Under the pieces are notes generated by a model. It was not told the origin of the DNA. It made no database searches and saw only the letters and a program-made list of their open reading frames with translations. A DNA stretch of 49,711 bases, from the sequence record SRR22947725_189; one strand, given 5' to 3'. A program made the position numbers and the translations under genes. Shown here piece after piece: positions 38,757 through 49,711 of the stretch (positions are counted from its first letter, which is position 1; every line of letters starts with the position of its first letter).

Positions 38757-39977
38757 ATGCAGCATCAAGATTTAGTACAAATAAGCCAAGAACACGGAAG
38801 TCCTATATACGTATATGACGCCCATGTCATGCAAGCGCAGTACGAACGACTGACACAAGCGTTTAGTGGCATTCCTCAGCTACGAATAAACTATGCTGTA
38901 AAGGCACTATCCAATTTAAGTGTACTTAAATGGATGCATCACTTGGGAGCGGGGCTAGACACCGTATCGATTCAGGAAGTACAACTAGGACTTGAAGCTG
39001 GTGTACCAGCTCATGAAATTATATTTACTCCCAATGGGGTTTCGCTTAGCGAAATCGAAGAAGTAGCGAATCTAGGGGTGCAAATCAACATTGACAATCT
39101 TTCTATTCTAGAGCAATTTGGAACTGCACATCCAAAAGTGCCAGTTTGTATTAGGATTAACCCGCATATCATGGCGGGTGGTAATGCGAATATTTCTGTA
39201 GGACATATTGATTCAAAATTTGGTATCAGTATTCATCAAATACCCCTTGTTTTACGAATTGTTGAGAATACAGGTATGCACATCAATGGGGTACACATGC
39301 ATACTGGAAGTGACATTTTAGATATAGATGTCTTTTTACATGCAGCAGAGATATTATTTGATACGGCACACCATTTTACAGACCTTGATTTTTTAGATTT
39401 TGGTAGTGGTTTTAAAGTTCCTTACAAGCCGGGTGATAACGAAACCAACATTGAAGAATTGGGAGAGAAACTGACCGAACGCTTTAATGCATTTTGTAAA
39501 GATTATGGAAAAGAAGTGGTGCTAGCTTTTGAACCGGGCAAGTTTCTAGTAAGTCAATCTGGGTATTTTTTAACCTCAGTAAATTCAGTGAAACAAACTA
39601 CTTCAACGGTTTTTGCACAGGTGAATAGTGGTTTTAACCACCTAATCCGCCCCATGCTATACGGAGCAAATCACCGTATTGATAATATTTCTAACCCCGA
39701 TGGACGGGAACGTTTTTACTCTGTTGTGGGCTACATCTGCGAAACAGACACCTTTGCCACCAACCTCAAAATTTCAGAAATCAGTGATGGCGATGTCTTA
39801 TGCTTTTACAATGCAGGCGCCTATTGCTTTAGCATGGCAAGTAATTATAACTCACGCTACCGCCCAGCCGAAGTGCTTTGGCATGAGGGACAAGCTCATA
39901 TTATACGAAAAGCTGAACGCTTTGAAGACTTAATACAAAACCAACAGGTATTGTCATTTCATTCCGTAGAAGTCTAG
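38757..39977 (+). CDS. lysA: Diaminopimelate decarboxylase
   Basis: YAVKA (PLP Lys), SKFG, HMHTGS, EPGK, ICETD, AGAY, SNYN. Confidence 0.93.
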   Translation: MQHQDLVQISQEHGSPIYVYDAHVMQAQYERLTQAFSGIPQLRINYAVKALSNLSVLKWMHHLGAGLDTVSIQEVQLGLEAGVPAHEIIFTPNGVSLSEIEEVANLGVQINIDNLSILEQFGTAHPKVPVCIRINPHIMAGGNANISVGHIDSKFGISIHQIPLVLRIVENTGMHINGVHMHTGSDILDIDVFLHAAEILFDTAHHFTDLDFLDFGSGFKVPYKPGDNETNIEELGEKLTERFNAFCKDYGKEVVLAFEPGKFLVSQSGYFLTSVNSVKQTTSTVFAQVNSGFNHLIRPMLYGANHRIDNISNPDGRERFYSVVGYICETDTFATNLKISEISDGDVLCFYNAGAYCFSMASNYNSRYRPAEVLWHEGQAHIIRKAERFEDLIQNQQVLSFHSVEV

Positions 39978-39979
39978 GT

Positions 39980-41149
39980 CTACCCAATTACCCCTGAGCC
40001 GATTAATTCGTTTTTAAGATACCACGCAGCAAATTGCCCTGCAGCAATAGCAGACTGCGGCAATTCAAATACCAAGAATGCTCCTTTTTCCACAGGATAG
40101 AGTGTTGCTAAAGCCAATGGCTGACGGTAACGAATTCGTGCCTGTAGCTGCATCGGTTGGTCTGTTGCTAAATCGGGGCGTACCCAATGCATATCGACTT
40201 TGTCAATCCATAGCGCGCGGCGGTATAAACCTGGATGGTCTTTGCCCTCCCCTACGTAAATAATATTTTGTTCCACATCTGTTGCCAATACAAATAATGG
40301 CTCTACGGTACCCCCTACGGCCAACCCCTTACGTTGTCCTACCGTAAAAAAGTGAGCACCATTGTGTGTTCCTACACACCTACCCTCTTCAGGACCATAA
40401 ACAAACTTTGTAGCCAGTCCTTCCGGTGTGGTTTCACGAGTTTGGGAATACGCAGGATGTGAATCAGGTATTTGGATGATATCCCCTTTCTTGGTGGCTA
40501 GTTTTTGTTGCAAAAAATCGGGGAGGCTTACTTTTCCGATAAAACACAACCCTTGAGAATCGCGTTTTTCTGCAGTTACAAGTCCCTGATCAGCTGCAAT
40601 TTTACGTACCTCACTTTTTTGTAATCCACCAATAGGAAAGAGCGTTCTTGCGAGTTGCTCTTGATTTAACTGACATAAAAAATACGATTGATCTTTATTA
40701 GAATCGGCGCCTGCCAGAAGTCGATACGTAGTAGAATCAGTTGAAGTAATTGTTTCTTTTTGGCAATAATGTCCTGTGGCTACAAAATCGGCACCTAACG
40801 AAAAAGCAATGTCTAAGAATACGTCAAATTTGATTTCACGATTACACAGCACATCAGGGTTTGGTGTGCGTCCACGTTGGTATTCGTCAAACATATAATC
40901 CACGATACGCGCCTTATATTGCTCGCTCAAATCGACCGTTTGAAATGGGATACCAAGTTTGTCAGCGACAAGCATGGCGTCATTACTGTCTTCCAGCCAA
41001 GGACAATCATCAGAAATAGTAACAGAGTCGTCATGCCAGTTTTTCATAAACAAGCCAATGACCTCATAACCTTGCTGCTGTAAAAGATAAGCGGATACAC
41101 TAGAGTCTACTCCACCCGAAAGCCCAACAATGACACGTTTTCCTTGCAT
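39980..41149 (-). CDS. mnmA: tRNA 2-thiouridine synthase MnmA
   Basis: [36 protein letters not shown]. Confidence 0.97.
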   Translation of the reverse strand: MQGKRVIVGLSGGVDSSVSAYLLQQQGYEVIGLFMKNWHDDSVTISDDCPWLEDSNDAMLVADKLGIPFQTVDLSEQYKARIVDYMFDEYQRGRTPNPDVLCNREIKFDVFLDIAFSLGADFVATGHYCQKETITSTDSTTYRLLAGADSNKDQSYFLCQLNQEQLARTLFPIGGLQKSEVRKIAADQGLVTAEKRDSQGLCFIGKVSLPDFLQQKLATKKGDIIQIPDSHPAYSQTRETTPEGLATKFVYGPEEGRCVGTHNGAHFFTVGQRKGLAVGGTVEPLFVLATDVEQNIIYVGEGKDHPGLYRRALWIDKVDMHWVRPDLATDQPMQLQARIRYRQPLALATLYPVEKGAFLVFELPQSAIAAGQFAAWYLKNELIGSGVIG

Positions 41150-41153
41150 GGAT

Positions 41154-41161
41154 CAAAGATA
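41154..41161 (-). promoter_or_regulatory. -7 element (TATCTTTG) for mnmA
   Basis: Exact match, 4 nt upstream of ATG 41149. Confidence 0.7.
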
Positions 41162-41176
41162 CGTAGGATACGCTTG

Positions 41177-42982
41177 TTAGCGTTTGAGTTTTTTCTGACG
41201 CTCTGCCTCATCCATCATTTCAGACATCTTACGCTGAAAGCGGTTTTGCTTTTTGGGTTTCTTTTTGTTCTCCTCAATCTGTGCATGAATTTTATCCTGA
41301 TCGATAATCACATTTTTGATGATCAACATAATTCCAATCATCAACAGGTTAGAGACAAAATAGTATAAACTAAACCCTGAGGCATAGTTGTTAAAGAAAA
41401 ACAGCATCATTACAGGCATGAGGTACATGATGATTTTCATGTTCGGCATACCAGGCTGTGAGGGTTGCGCTTGTTGCCCTGTTGTTTGTTGGGTGTAGAA
41501 AAATATAGCCACCGACGCCAAAAGCGGGAACAAACTGATATGGTCGCCATAAAATGGGATGGATATAGGCAAATCAGCAATAACATCATAAGATGACAAA
41601 TCACCAGCCCATAAGAATGATTTTCCACGAAGCTCATAAGCAATAGGAAAGAAGTAAAATAAGGCAAAGAACACCGGCATTTGTAATAATGCGGGAATAC
41701 ATCCTGCCATAGGACTCACTCCTGCTTTACCATACAATTTCATGGTAGCCTGTTGACGCTTACCAGCTTCGTTTTTGAACTTATCATTAATTGCTGTAAT
41801 TTCTGGTCGCAACACACGCATCTTGGCTTGCGAGACATACGATTTATACAATACTGGAGAAAGTACAAGACGTACAATAACCGTCAATAAAATAATCGCA
41901 ATTCCATGCGGCACCAAGGCTGTAAGAAAGCTAAAAAGTGGGTAAAAAACCGATTTGTTAATCCATCCAATGATACCCCAGCCAAACGAAATACTTTCGA
42001 ATAAATTTTCATCATAGGTTTTCAATACTGCATAATCGGTTGGCCCCATATACCAATCAAAACTGGCGCTGAAACGGTTGCGATCAAATGGTAATAAAGC
42101 TGCTGTGCCAAAAGCTTTTAAGAATTCAGACTCCTCAACTTCTTCATCGGTGCGTGGTTCAGAAGTTAATGTAGCTTCCTTAAAAGGAACATCAGGGATT
42201 AGAATACTGCTAAAAAAGTGTTGTCGGTATGAAACCCATGCAACGTCTTTTTCAACTTCTTCATCATCACTTGTTGCTGATAACGTACTGTATTTATCCA
42301 CTCCGTGACGGTAAGCAAGCTGGGTGTACCTGTTTTCATACTGGGCACTTTTTGCATGGCGAAACCCATCCATGTTCCAAGAGAAATTAGCAGGAATACT
42401 ACTATCCAGCGCTTGGTCAATTCCTTCAGCAATAACCTCAAAGCCAAAACGATATCCTTCTTTAGGCAGGCTGTAAACTAACTCGATAAACCCCCCTTGA
42501 TCTAACCCTGCGCGTAGACTTATTTGCTGACCATTTGCAGTATCTCTAACAGAAGGTGTAAACATTAAAAACTTTGATTGTAACAACTGACCGCCAATCG
42601 TAGTAAAGGAAATATTTAATGCGTTATTGTCCTTATTAATTAAATATAGTGGTGCGTCTTGATAATTCACCATATCATTAAGCAACATCTCTTTGATTAA
42701 ACCACCCTTGGTTGAAATATCTAGCGTAAGTACATTATTGCTTAGAGAAATGACCTCCTCAACGGCATTTGATTGCGGTATAATCGCTGCTACATCAACT
42801 GGTTCTTGAGAGCGTTCAACTGCTGGGCTTATTGTTTTTTCCGTGACCGTTTTTTCTTGGTTCGGAGTGGTGTTTTCCTGAGCAACTTCTTTTGCAGATT
42901 GATTGTACATCATCCAAGTAAAAATCCCAAAGATGAGAATCATACCTATTATTTGTAGGGGGTCTATGCGCCGTTCTTCCAT
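41177..42982 (-). CDS. yidC: Membrane protein insertase YidC
   Basis: N-terminal TM, large periplasmic domain, GIAIILLT..VR, GCIPALLQMP, LYYFVSN. Confidence 0.95.
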   Translation of the reverse strand: MEERRIDPLQIIGMILIFGIFTWMMYNQSAKEVAQENTTPNQEKTVTEKTISPAVERSQEPVDVAAIIPQSNAVEEVISLSNNVLTLDISTKGGLIKEMLLNDMVNYQDAPLYLINKDNNALNISFTTIGGQLLQSKFLMFTPSVRDTANGQQISLRAGLDQGGFIELVYSLPKEGYRFGFEVIAEGIDQALDSSIPANFSWNMDGFRHAKSAQYENRYTQLAYRHGVDKYSTLSATSDDEEVEKDVAWVSYRQHFFSSILIPDVPFKEATLTSEPRTDEEVEESEFLKAFGTAALLPFDRNRFSASFDWYMGPTDYAVLKTYDENLFESISFGWGIIGWINKSVFYPLFSFLTALVPHGIAIILLTVIVRLVLSPVLYKSYVSQAKMRVLRPEITAINDKFKNEAGKRQQATMKLYGKAGVSPMAGCIPALLQMPVFFALFYFFPIAYELRGKSFLWAGDLSSYDVIADLPISIPFYGDHISLFPLLASVAIFFYTQQTTGQQAQPSQPGMPNMKIIMYLMPVMMLFFFNNYASGFSLYYFVSNLLMIGIMLIIKNVIIDQDKIHAQIEENKKKPKKQNRFQRKMSEMMDEAERQKKLKR

Positions 42983-42987
42983 GTGTT

Positions 42988-44604
<1,617 letters not shown>

Positions 44605-44626
44605 CTAATAACTTTATTTGAAGGTG

Positions 44627-44634
44627 CAAAAATA
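44627..44634 (-). promoter_or_regulatory. -7 element (TATTTTTG) for pyrG-yidC
   Basis: Exact match, 22 nt upstream of ATG 44604. Confidence 0.6.
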
Positions 44635-44645
44635 CAAAGAATAAA

Positions 44646-46403
44646 CTACCTAACATGAAGAGAATCTGATTGAACTTTAGGAGGTGTTACCTCAATCGTT
44701 TCAAAGCCCTGATGCTGTATGGTATACGTTGCCTTATTTTGAAAACCTCCACCTGGAAATTTCTCGTACTCAAACCGGTGCTGTAACTGTTCGCCAAGGC
44801 CAAGTGAAACCCCTTCAAAGAGTGATCTCTTAGTAGCAATACGAAGTGCAACGTCTACCATTACGTCAAATCCCTTTACCGCTGTACGACTTGGTATTTT
44901 ACCAAACCGTTTCTTGTAGTCTGAGTCAAATTTTAAACGCGTACTGTCGTTTTTTTTATGGAAATAGCTGGGATATGTGAATTGAAGATTGCCTAAATGC
45001 ACCTGAGAAACATTAGGATCATCGTAGGTAGCAGAGCGGTAATGGGTCATAAGTTGCACTTGACGGTCTTCTTTTTCCTGCGCATTTAGCATTGAAGTCA
45101 TACTCGTAACTAAATTCAAGTCTTCCGATTCCAAAAACACCCAATTCGGACGAGTTGCCGTAAGTAAAGAATCTACTACATCTGGCTTAACATAGCCAAA
45201 GCGCTCATCGGGATGTATCAATTCAGCGAGTGGGAATTTTTCTTTAAGCCTTAAAGCATGTTGTTTGTTTTTTTCATCAGCAACAATCAACACACATGGG
45301 TTCTCGGTTACAGCATTTAAAGAGTCGATATAAATCGTAATCTTTTCTTTTAAAGCTCGTTGACTAGGAATGGTATTGAAGAGGACCTTTTGTGGGGCAA
45401 TCGCACTAGTGGCTAATGGTGAAATTACAGGGATATTAAAGTACGATAGCCCCCTTGCCACACGACTCACATTGACTGGAGTAAATGGCCCAATTACTGC
45501 ATCAAAACGTGTAAAATCCTCTTTATTTAAAAGCTCTTCAATGATATACAATTGATTCTCAGTATCAAATACAGTTAGCTCCACACTTAATCCCGCTTTG
45601 TTTAAACTGTCGGCAGCGTGTAGCATTCCTGCATAAAAATCGAGCGATACAGTGGTCAGATTGCGCTCGGATAAGGTCTTTTGTGTTTGATTTATGGAAT
45701 CTAGCTCAATCCTAGACATTCGGAAAGGTGCCATTAAGGCAATACGAACTACTGGCGTGACAAAAGTACTGTCCCAGAAACTTGGATTTGTAACAAGTTT
45801 AGGAAGTTGTATGGAGTCCTTTTCGATTTTAACAATTTTAAGAACCATACCTGATTGTAAGCCTGAAAGCAATAACGAGGGATTTAGCGCTTCAAGTTCA
45901 GCTTTCGTAAGGCCTAACTTTTTTTGGAGACTGTAAAATCCTTCTTTTGGCAATACTGAATAATACGTATACTCTGCAGAATCTGCTTTTTTTAACATCA
46001 AAGGGACTCGCAATACAGCGCCTATAGAAAGTGTATCGCCAAGGGATGGGTTTAATGCAAGTAGAGAATCTATGGATATCGAATAGCGATTAGCGATTCG
46101 CCAAAGCGTCTCTTTAGGTTGAACTTTATGTTCGGTATAGACTGGCTGTGCCTTAGAAAGTATTATTGGCTGCTTAAATCGTGGGATTTGAAGCTTATCA
46201 CGCTTTCTAATCCCCTTTTTTGCTTCGGGATTATATTGAATGATTATAGCCTCTGTAATAGCATATCGCGTTGCTATATCAGTTAGAGATTCTTTCTTTT
46301 TTACTTTGTGAACCACAAAATGAGAAACCTCTGGTTGTTGGGAATAACCGACAACACAAAAAAACAAAAATGCTATTTTAATAAAAAGCCTACTCCCATT
46401 CAA
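44646..46403 (-). CDS. Secreted protein with three LysM domains and a C-terminal periplasmic-binding-protein-like domain
   Basis: LysM motifs [34 protein letters not shown]; then RIALMAPF...VFDT...VIGP...VISP. Start uncertain (TTG 46403 or ATG 46433, both inside guaA). Confidence 0.8.
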   Translation of the reverse strand: MNGSRLFIKIAFLFFCVVGYSQQPEVSHFVVHKVKKKESLTDIATRYAITEAIIIQYNPEAKKGIRKRDKLQIPRFKQPIILSKAQPVYTEHKVQPKETLWRIANRYSISIDSLLALNPSLGDTLSIGAVLRVPLMLKKADSAEYTYYSVLPKEGFYSLQKKLGLTKAELEALNPSLLLSGLQSGMVLKIVKIEKDSIQLPKLVTNPSFWDSTFVTPVVRIALMAPFRMSRIELDSINQTQKTLSERNLTTVSLDFYAGMLHAADSLNKAGLSVELTVFDTENQLYIIEELLNKEDFTRFDAVIGPFTPVNVSRVARGLSYFNIPVISPLATSAIAPQKVLFNTIPSQRALKEKITIYIDSLNAVTENPCVLIVADEKNKQHALRLKEKFPLAELIHPDERFGYVKPDVVDSLLTATRPNWVFLESEDLNLVTSMTSMLNAQEKEDRQVQLMTHYRSATYDDPNVSQVHLGNLQFTYPSYFHKKNDSTRLKFDSDYKKRFGKIPSRTAVKGFDVMVDVALRIATKRSLFEGVSLGLGEQLQHRFEYEKFPGGGFQNKATYTIQHQGFETIEVTPPKVQSDSLHVR

Positions 46404-47916
46404 TGGTTGCAGGAGGTTTTGAACTGATGTCATAAACGATGCGGTTGATTCCAGGAACACGATTAATGATTTGGTTAGAAATTTCTTGTAAAAACTCATA
46501 AGGCAAATGTACCCAATCTGCCGTCATTCCGTCTGTCGATGTTACAGCACGAAGTGCCACACATTTTTCATAGGTGCGCTCATCACCCATTACGCCAACT
46601 GACTGGACTGGAAGCAGTATGGCGCCTGCTTGCCAAACCTGGTCGTATAGACCATGATCGCGCAACCCTTTAATAAACAGGTAATCGACTTCTTGTAGCA
46701 TATTCACTTTTTCAGCTGTAATATCTCCAAGGATACGAATAGCTAATCCCGGGCCTGGGAAGGGATGTCTGCCTAAGATTTCCTGAGACATGTCAAGACT
46801 TGCCCCAACACGGCGCACCTCATCTTTGAACAACATATTTAATGGCTCTACTACACTCAATTTCATGAAATCAGGAAGCCCACCCACATTGTGGTGAGAC
46901 TTAATAGTTGCCGAAGGACCATTTACTGAAATGGATTCAATCACATCAGGGTAAATCGTCCCCTGAGCTAACCATTTAGCACCCTCCACTTGATGTGCTT
47001 CTGCATCAAAAACCTCTATAAAAACCCGTCCAATAATCTTACGCTTGGTCTCAGGATCACTAACATCCGCCAATTCGCTTAAAAATTCATGAGTAGCATC
47101 AACCCCTTTAACATTGAGTCCCATGTGTTTATACTGATCTAGAACAGCATCATACTCGTTTTTTCGTAACAAACCGTTATTGACAAAAATGCAATGAAGG
47201 TTTTTCCCAATTGCTTTGTGTAATAAAATTGCCGCTACCGAGGAATCTACACCTCCACTAAGGCCCAAAATAACCTTATCATCACCAAGCTGTTCTTGCA
47301 AACTAGTAATCGTAGTTTCCACAAAAGCATCCGAGGTCCAATCGGGAGTTAAACCCGCAATCTCAATCAAAAAGTTATGTAGCAATTGCTTACCATCTGT
47401 AGAATGATATACTTCAGGATGGAACTGAATCCCATAAGTAAGCCCGTTATCCATACAATATGCTGCGTTGGACACATCTGCTGTAGAAGCCAATTGCTGT
47501 GCACCAGCAGGTAATTTTTTAATGGTATCGCTATGGCTCATCCACACTTGTGAGTCTTGGGGAATATTTGCTGTAAATGGGTGCGCTATAACTGAAGCAA
47601 GTCTTGCCCGTCCATATTCTCTAGTATTGGATGGCGCTACTTCGCCGCCGTTAAAATGCGCCAAGTATTGCGCGCCATAACATACACCAAGTAAAGGAAT
47701 TTTATTTCTTATTTCACTTAAGTCAGGATGTGGTGCATCTTCCGAACGAACCGAAAAGGGCGAACCAGACAGAATAACCGCTTTATACGTTGAAACATCT
47801 TCAGGGATTTTGTGAAAAGGGTGAATTTCACAAAAAATAGAGAGTTCGCGAACACGGCGGGCAATCAACTGCGTGTATTGGGAGCCGAAGTCGAGAATGA
47901 GAACTTTGTTTTGCAT
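46390..47916 (-). CDS. guaA: GMP synthase (glutamine-hydrolysing)
   Basis: [37 protein letters not shown]. Start taken as ATG 47916. Confidence 0.98.
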   Translation of the reverse strand: MQNKVLILDFGSQYTQLIARRVRELSIFCEIHPFHKIPEDVSTYKAVILSGSPFSVRSEDAPHPDLSEIRNKIPLLGVCYGAQYLAHFNGGEVAPSNTREYGRARLASVIAHPFTANIPQDSQVWMSHSDTIKKLPAGAQQLASTADVSNAAYCMDNGLTYGIQFHPEVYHSTDGKQLLHNFLIEIAGLTPDWTSDAFVETTITSLQEQLGDDKVILGLSGGVDSSVAAILLHKAIGKNLHCIFVNNGLLRKNEYDAVLDQYKHMGLNVKGVDATHEFLSELADVSDPETKRKIIGRVFIEVFDAEAHQVEGAKWLAQGTIYPDVIESISVNGPSATIKSHHNVGGLPDFMKLSVVEPLNMLFKDEVRRVGASLDMSQEILGRHPFPGPGLAIRILGDITAEKVNMLQEVDYLFIKGLRDHGLYDQVWQAGAILLPVQSVGVMGDERTYEKCVALRAVTSTDGMTADWVHLPYEFLQEISNQIINRVPGINRIVYDISSKPPATIEWE

Positions 47917-47919
47917 ATG

Positions 47920-47927
47920 CAAAAATA
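47920..47927 (-). promoter_or_regulatory. -7 element (TATTTTTG) for guaA
   Basis: Exact match, 3 nt upstream of ATG 47916. Confidence 0.65.
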
Positions 47928-47986
47928 CAACTAAACTTTATTGAGGGTTAACTATGTATCATTAGTTTTTAACAGCAAAATCAAGA

Positions 47987-49594
47987 TTACTTAACAGCTA
48001 AAATTGCAAGTCCTTCAGGGGCTTCATTTAAAGCTTCTTTTAGATTATTTGTAAACATAGCTATACCCTCATCGCCAACAAAACTTGAGAAATGTGATAA
48101 CCGTTCCTGCAACTTCCCATTGGGGAATAGTTCGTGACGAAGGTCAGTCATCCGTACAATCTGATCTTTCAGTTTGATGCGTTGTGCTTTTAAAAGGCGT
48201 TTTTCAAGTGTATTCAAACCCTTTAACTGCTTTTTTTCTTGAGCTTCAACAGCACCTAAAAAAGAGGCATCGGTTTGTTGTGCAAGGGCAAATAAATCCT
48301 TGAATTGATTTTGCAAGGCTTCACGCTGCTCACCAAAATCAATATCAATATCACTAATGTAACGGACACGTTTATTTATAAACGAACTCACGGGTAGAAA
48401 CAAATCCTCCAATGGTATATTAAGATTATTGCACTTTTTAAGTTGCTTTTCCGAGATCAGAAGTGCAGTAATTCGATGTTTAAGCAATGGGAAAGGTATG
48501 TCAAACTCCTTAAACGTATCTTTAAGTTGGATCCAGTAAGCCAATTCACCACCACCACCTATGTAAGCAATATTAGGGAGTATTGTTTCTTGATATAACG
48601 GGCGCATTAAGGCATTGGGTGAAAAACGTTCGGGATTTTGATCTACCTCTTTCAATAATTCGCTTGCTTCCCAATGTTGCTCACCATCCGATGTGGCATA
48701 CTTTTCAGCATCTTGCACAATTCGCACACGCTTATTATCAAGCATGTAAAAAAGATTTAGCTCCCGTGGATTGACTTGAGGAGTATACGTAGCATAGGCT
48801 TTCTTCAATCTTTCTGAGGTGCTATTTACTGAATTCCAGATAGCCTGTTGCGTTAGTTCCTTTTTAATAACAGGAATAAACAACCTTTTAAGTGCAGCAT
48901 CATCACCATCAATAATGACCAAGCCGTAGCTGCCAAAAAGACGATTAACCAAAGTTCTAGTGGCCTTACCCAACGTTTTTTCTTGTAAATAAGACTCCGA
49001 GAAAAGCGCGATTAATTCAGCACCAAGTGGCGTATTGCCCCAACGTGCTTTTAGAGGCGCCAACAAGGAGCCAAGTTGTTCAGTAGACATACGACCAACA
49101 GGTCCTCCAGATTGAGCATCCCAACGAAGCTTTTGTTCGCCTAAATAAAAATGATTGATTTCTTCAAAATCATGATCTTCCGATGCCATCCAATATACAG
49201 GAACATACTGATGTGATGTATCAGCAAGTTGTAAAGCAGCAGCCTTAATGATCACATCAAAAATTTTATACCAAAAAAATAAGGGTCCCGTAAACAGATT
49301 GAGCTGATGACCCGTAGTTACGGTAACAGTATTAGATTCCAATAACTGATTAATATGTAGTGCTGTCTGCTTAGAAACTTTTTCTTGTCCGTATTGTTTC
49401 CGTAACGAATTGACTAGAACCTCACGTTGTTCTAAACTATAACCTGCAGCGCGGTCTATAGCCCGTAGCTGTGCCAAGGAATCATCGTAACGCCCTGCGT
49501 GAAAGGGTGCCAATGAACTCTTTTCAGATAAAAAATCCTGCATTAAAGGTGAATACACCCCAGAATTATACGCTAGCGATTGAATAAACTTCAC
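47987..49594 (-). CDS. bshC: Bacillithiol biosynthesis cysteine-adding enzyme BshC
   Basis: TTGHQLNLFTGP, WMASEDHDFEE, FSPNALMRP, YIGGGGELAYW, LQER. Confidence 0.92.
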   Translation of the reverse strand: MKFIQSLAYNSGVYSPLMQDFLSEKSSLAPFHAGRYDDSLAQLRAIDRAAGYSLEQREVLVNSLRKQYGQEKVSKQTALHINQLLESNTVTVTTGHQLNLFTGPLFFWYKIFDVIIKAAALQLADTSHQYVPVYWMASEDHDFEEINHFYLGEQKLRWDAQSGGPVGRMSTEQLGSLLAPLKARWGNTPLGAELIALFSESYLQEKTLGKATRTLVNRLFGSYGLVIIDGDDAALKRLFIPVIKKELTQQAIWNSVNSTSERLKKAYATYTPQVNPRELNLFYMLDNKRVRIVQDAEKYATSDGEQHWEASELLKEVDQNPERFSPNALMRPLYQETILPNIAYIGGGGELAYWIQLKDTFKEFDIPFPLLKHRITALLISEKQLKKCNNLNIPLEDLFLPVSSFINKRVRYISDIDIDFGEQREALQNQFKDLFALAQQTDASFLGAVEAQEKKQLKGLNTLEKRLLKAQRIKLKDQIVRMTDLRHELFPNGKLQERLSHFSSFVGDEGIAMFTNNLKEALNEAPEGLAILAVK

Positions 49595-49598
49595 ACTG

Positions 49599-49606
49599 CA
49601 AAAGTA
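49599..49606 (-). promoter_or_regulatory. -7 element (TACTTTTG) for bshC
   Basis: Exact match, 4 nt upstream of GTG 49594. Confidence 0.7.
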
Positions 49607-49621
49607 CGGAATGTAAAAAAG

Positions 49622-49711
49622 CTATGAGGCATGAACTGCATGCAAGTCAAAATCTTGTGCAGCCGTAATGGTCAACTGGGCAAAATCGCCAACTTTTAAA
49701 TAGTGCTCACG
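49622..49711 (-). CDS. rimO: C-terminal TRAM-domain end of ribosomal protein S12 methylthiotransferase (truncated by window)
   Basis: Hand translation of the minus strand gives REHYLKVGDFAQLTITAAQDFDLHAVHAS*, resembling the RimO TRAM end (GxF..V.I..A..FDL). Confidence 0.65.
   Translation of the reverse strand, partial: REHYLKVGDFAQLTITAAQDFDLHAVHAS

Noticed and set aside
44605..44626. Pyrimidine-rich start region (CACCTTC) of pyrG as a CTP-sensing start-site switch
   Set aside because: No attenuator hairpin or G-run is present, and CA after TTTG also follows the ruvX, sucC, guaA and bshC elements, so it is not specific.

Overview
This is a gene-dense, AT-rich core-genome segment from a Bacteroidota (Flavobacteriia-type, probably marine and streamlined) bacterium. 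It holds 46 supported CDSs, of which two are truncated by the window edges (an M23-peptidase-like gene at the left, rimO at the right). Housekeeping genes include iscS, rocD, rel, fur, purA, aroE, mazG, def, ruvX, dapD, tsaC, cca, ctaA, uvrB, sucC, lysA, mnmA, yidC, pyrG, guaA and bshC. There is also a five-gene glycosyltransferase cluster, tandem DUF368 genes, an ABC exporter and an orphan LytTR regulator. I found no rRNA, tRNA, CRISPR array, transposase or integrase. Points worth follow-up: (1) about ten transcription-unit heads have the Bacteroidota -7 element TAnnTTT(G/A) only 3-5 nt before the start codon, implying widespread leaderless mRNAs; (2) a 354-aa hypothetical protein carries a full set of protein-kinase-like catalytic motifs; (3) heme A synthase has a CBM5/12-like insert in its periplasmic loop; (4) ornithine aminotransferase has a four-Cys insert and is followed directly by iscS; (5) hsp20 has a sigma54-type promoter with paired TGACA-N3-TGTCA sites; (6) the ABC exporter has an ECF-sigma-type promoter. 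All family assignments are from motif recognition by eye; no database searches were run.
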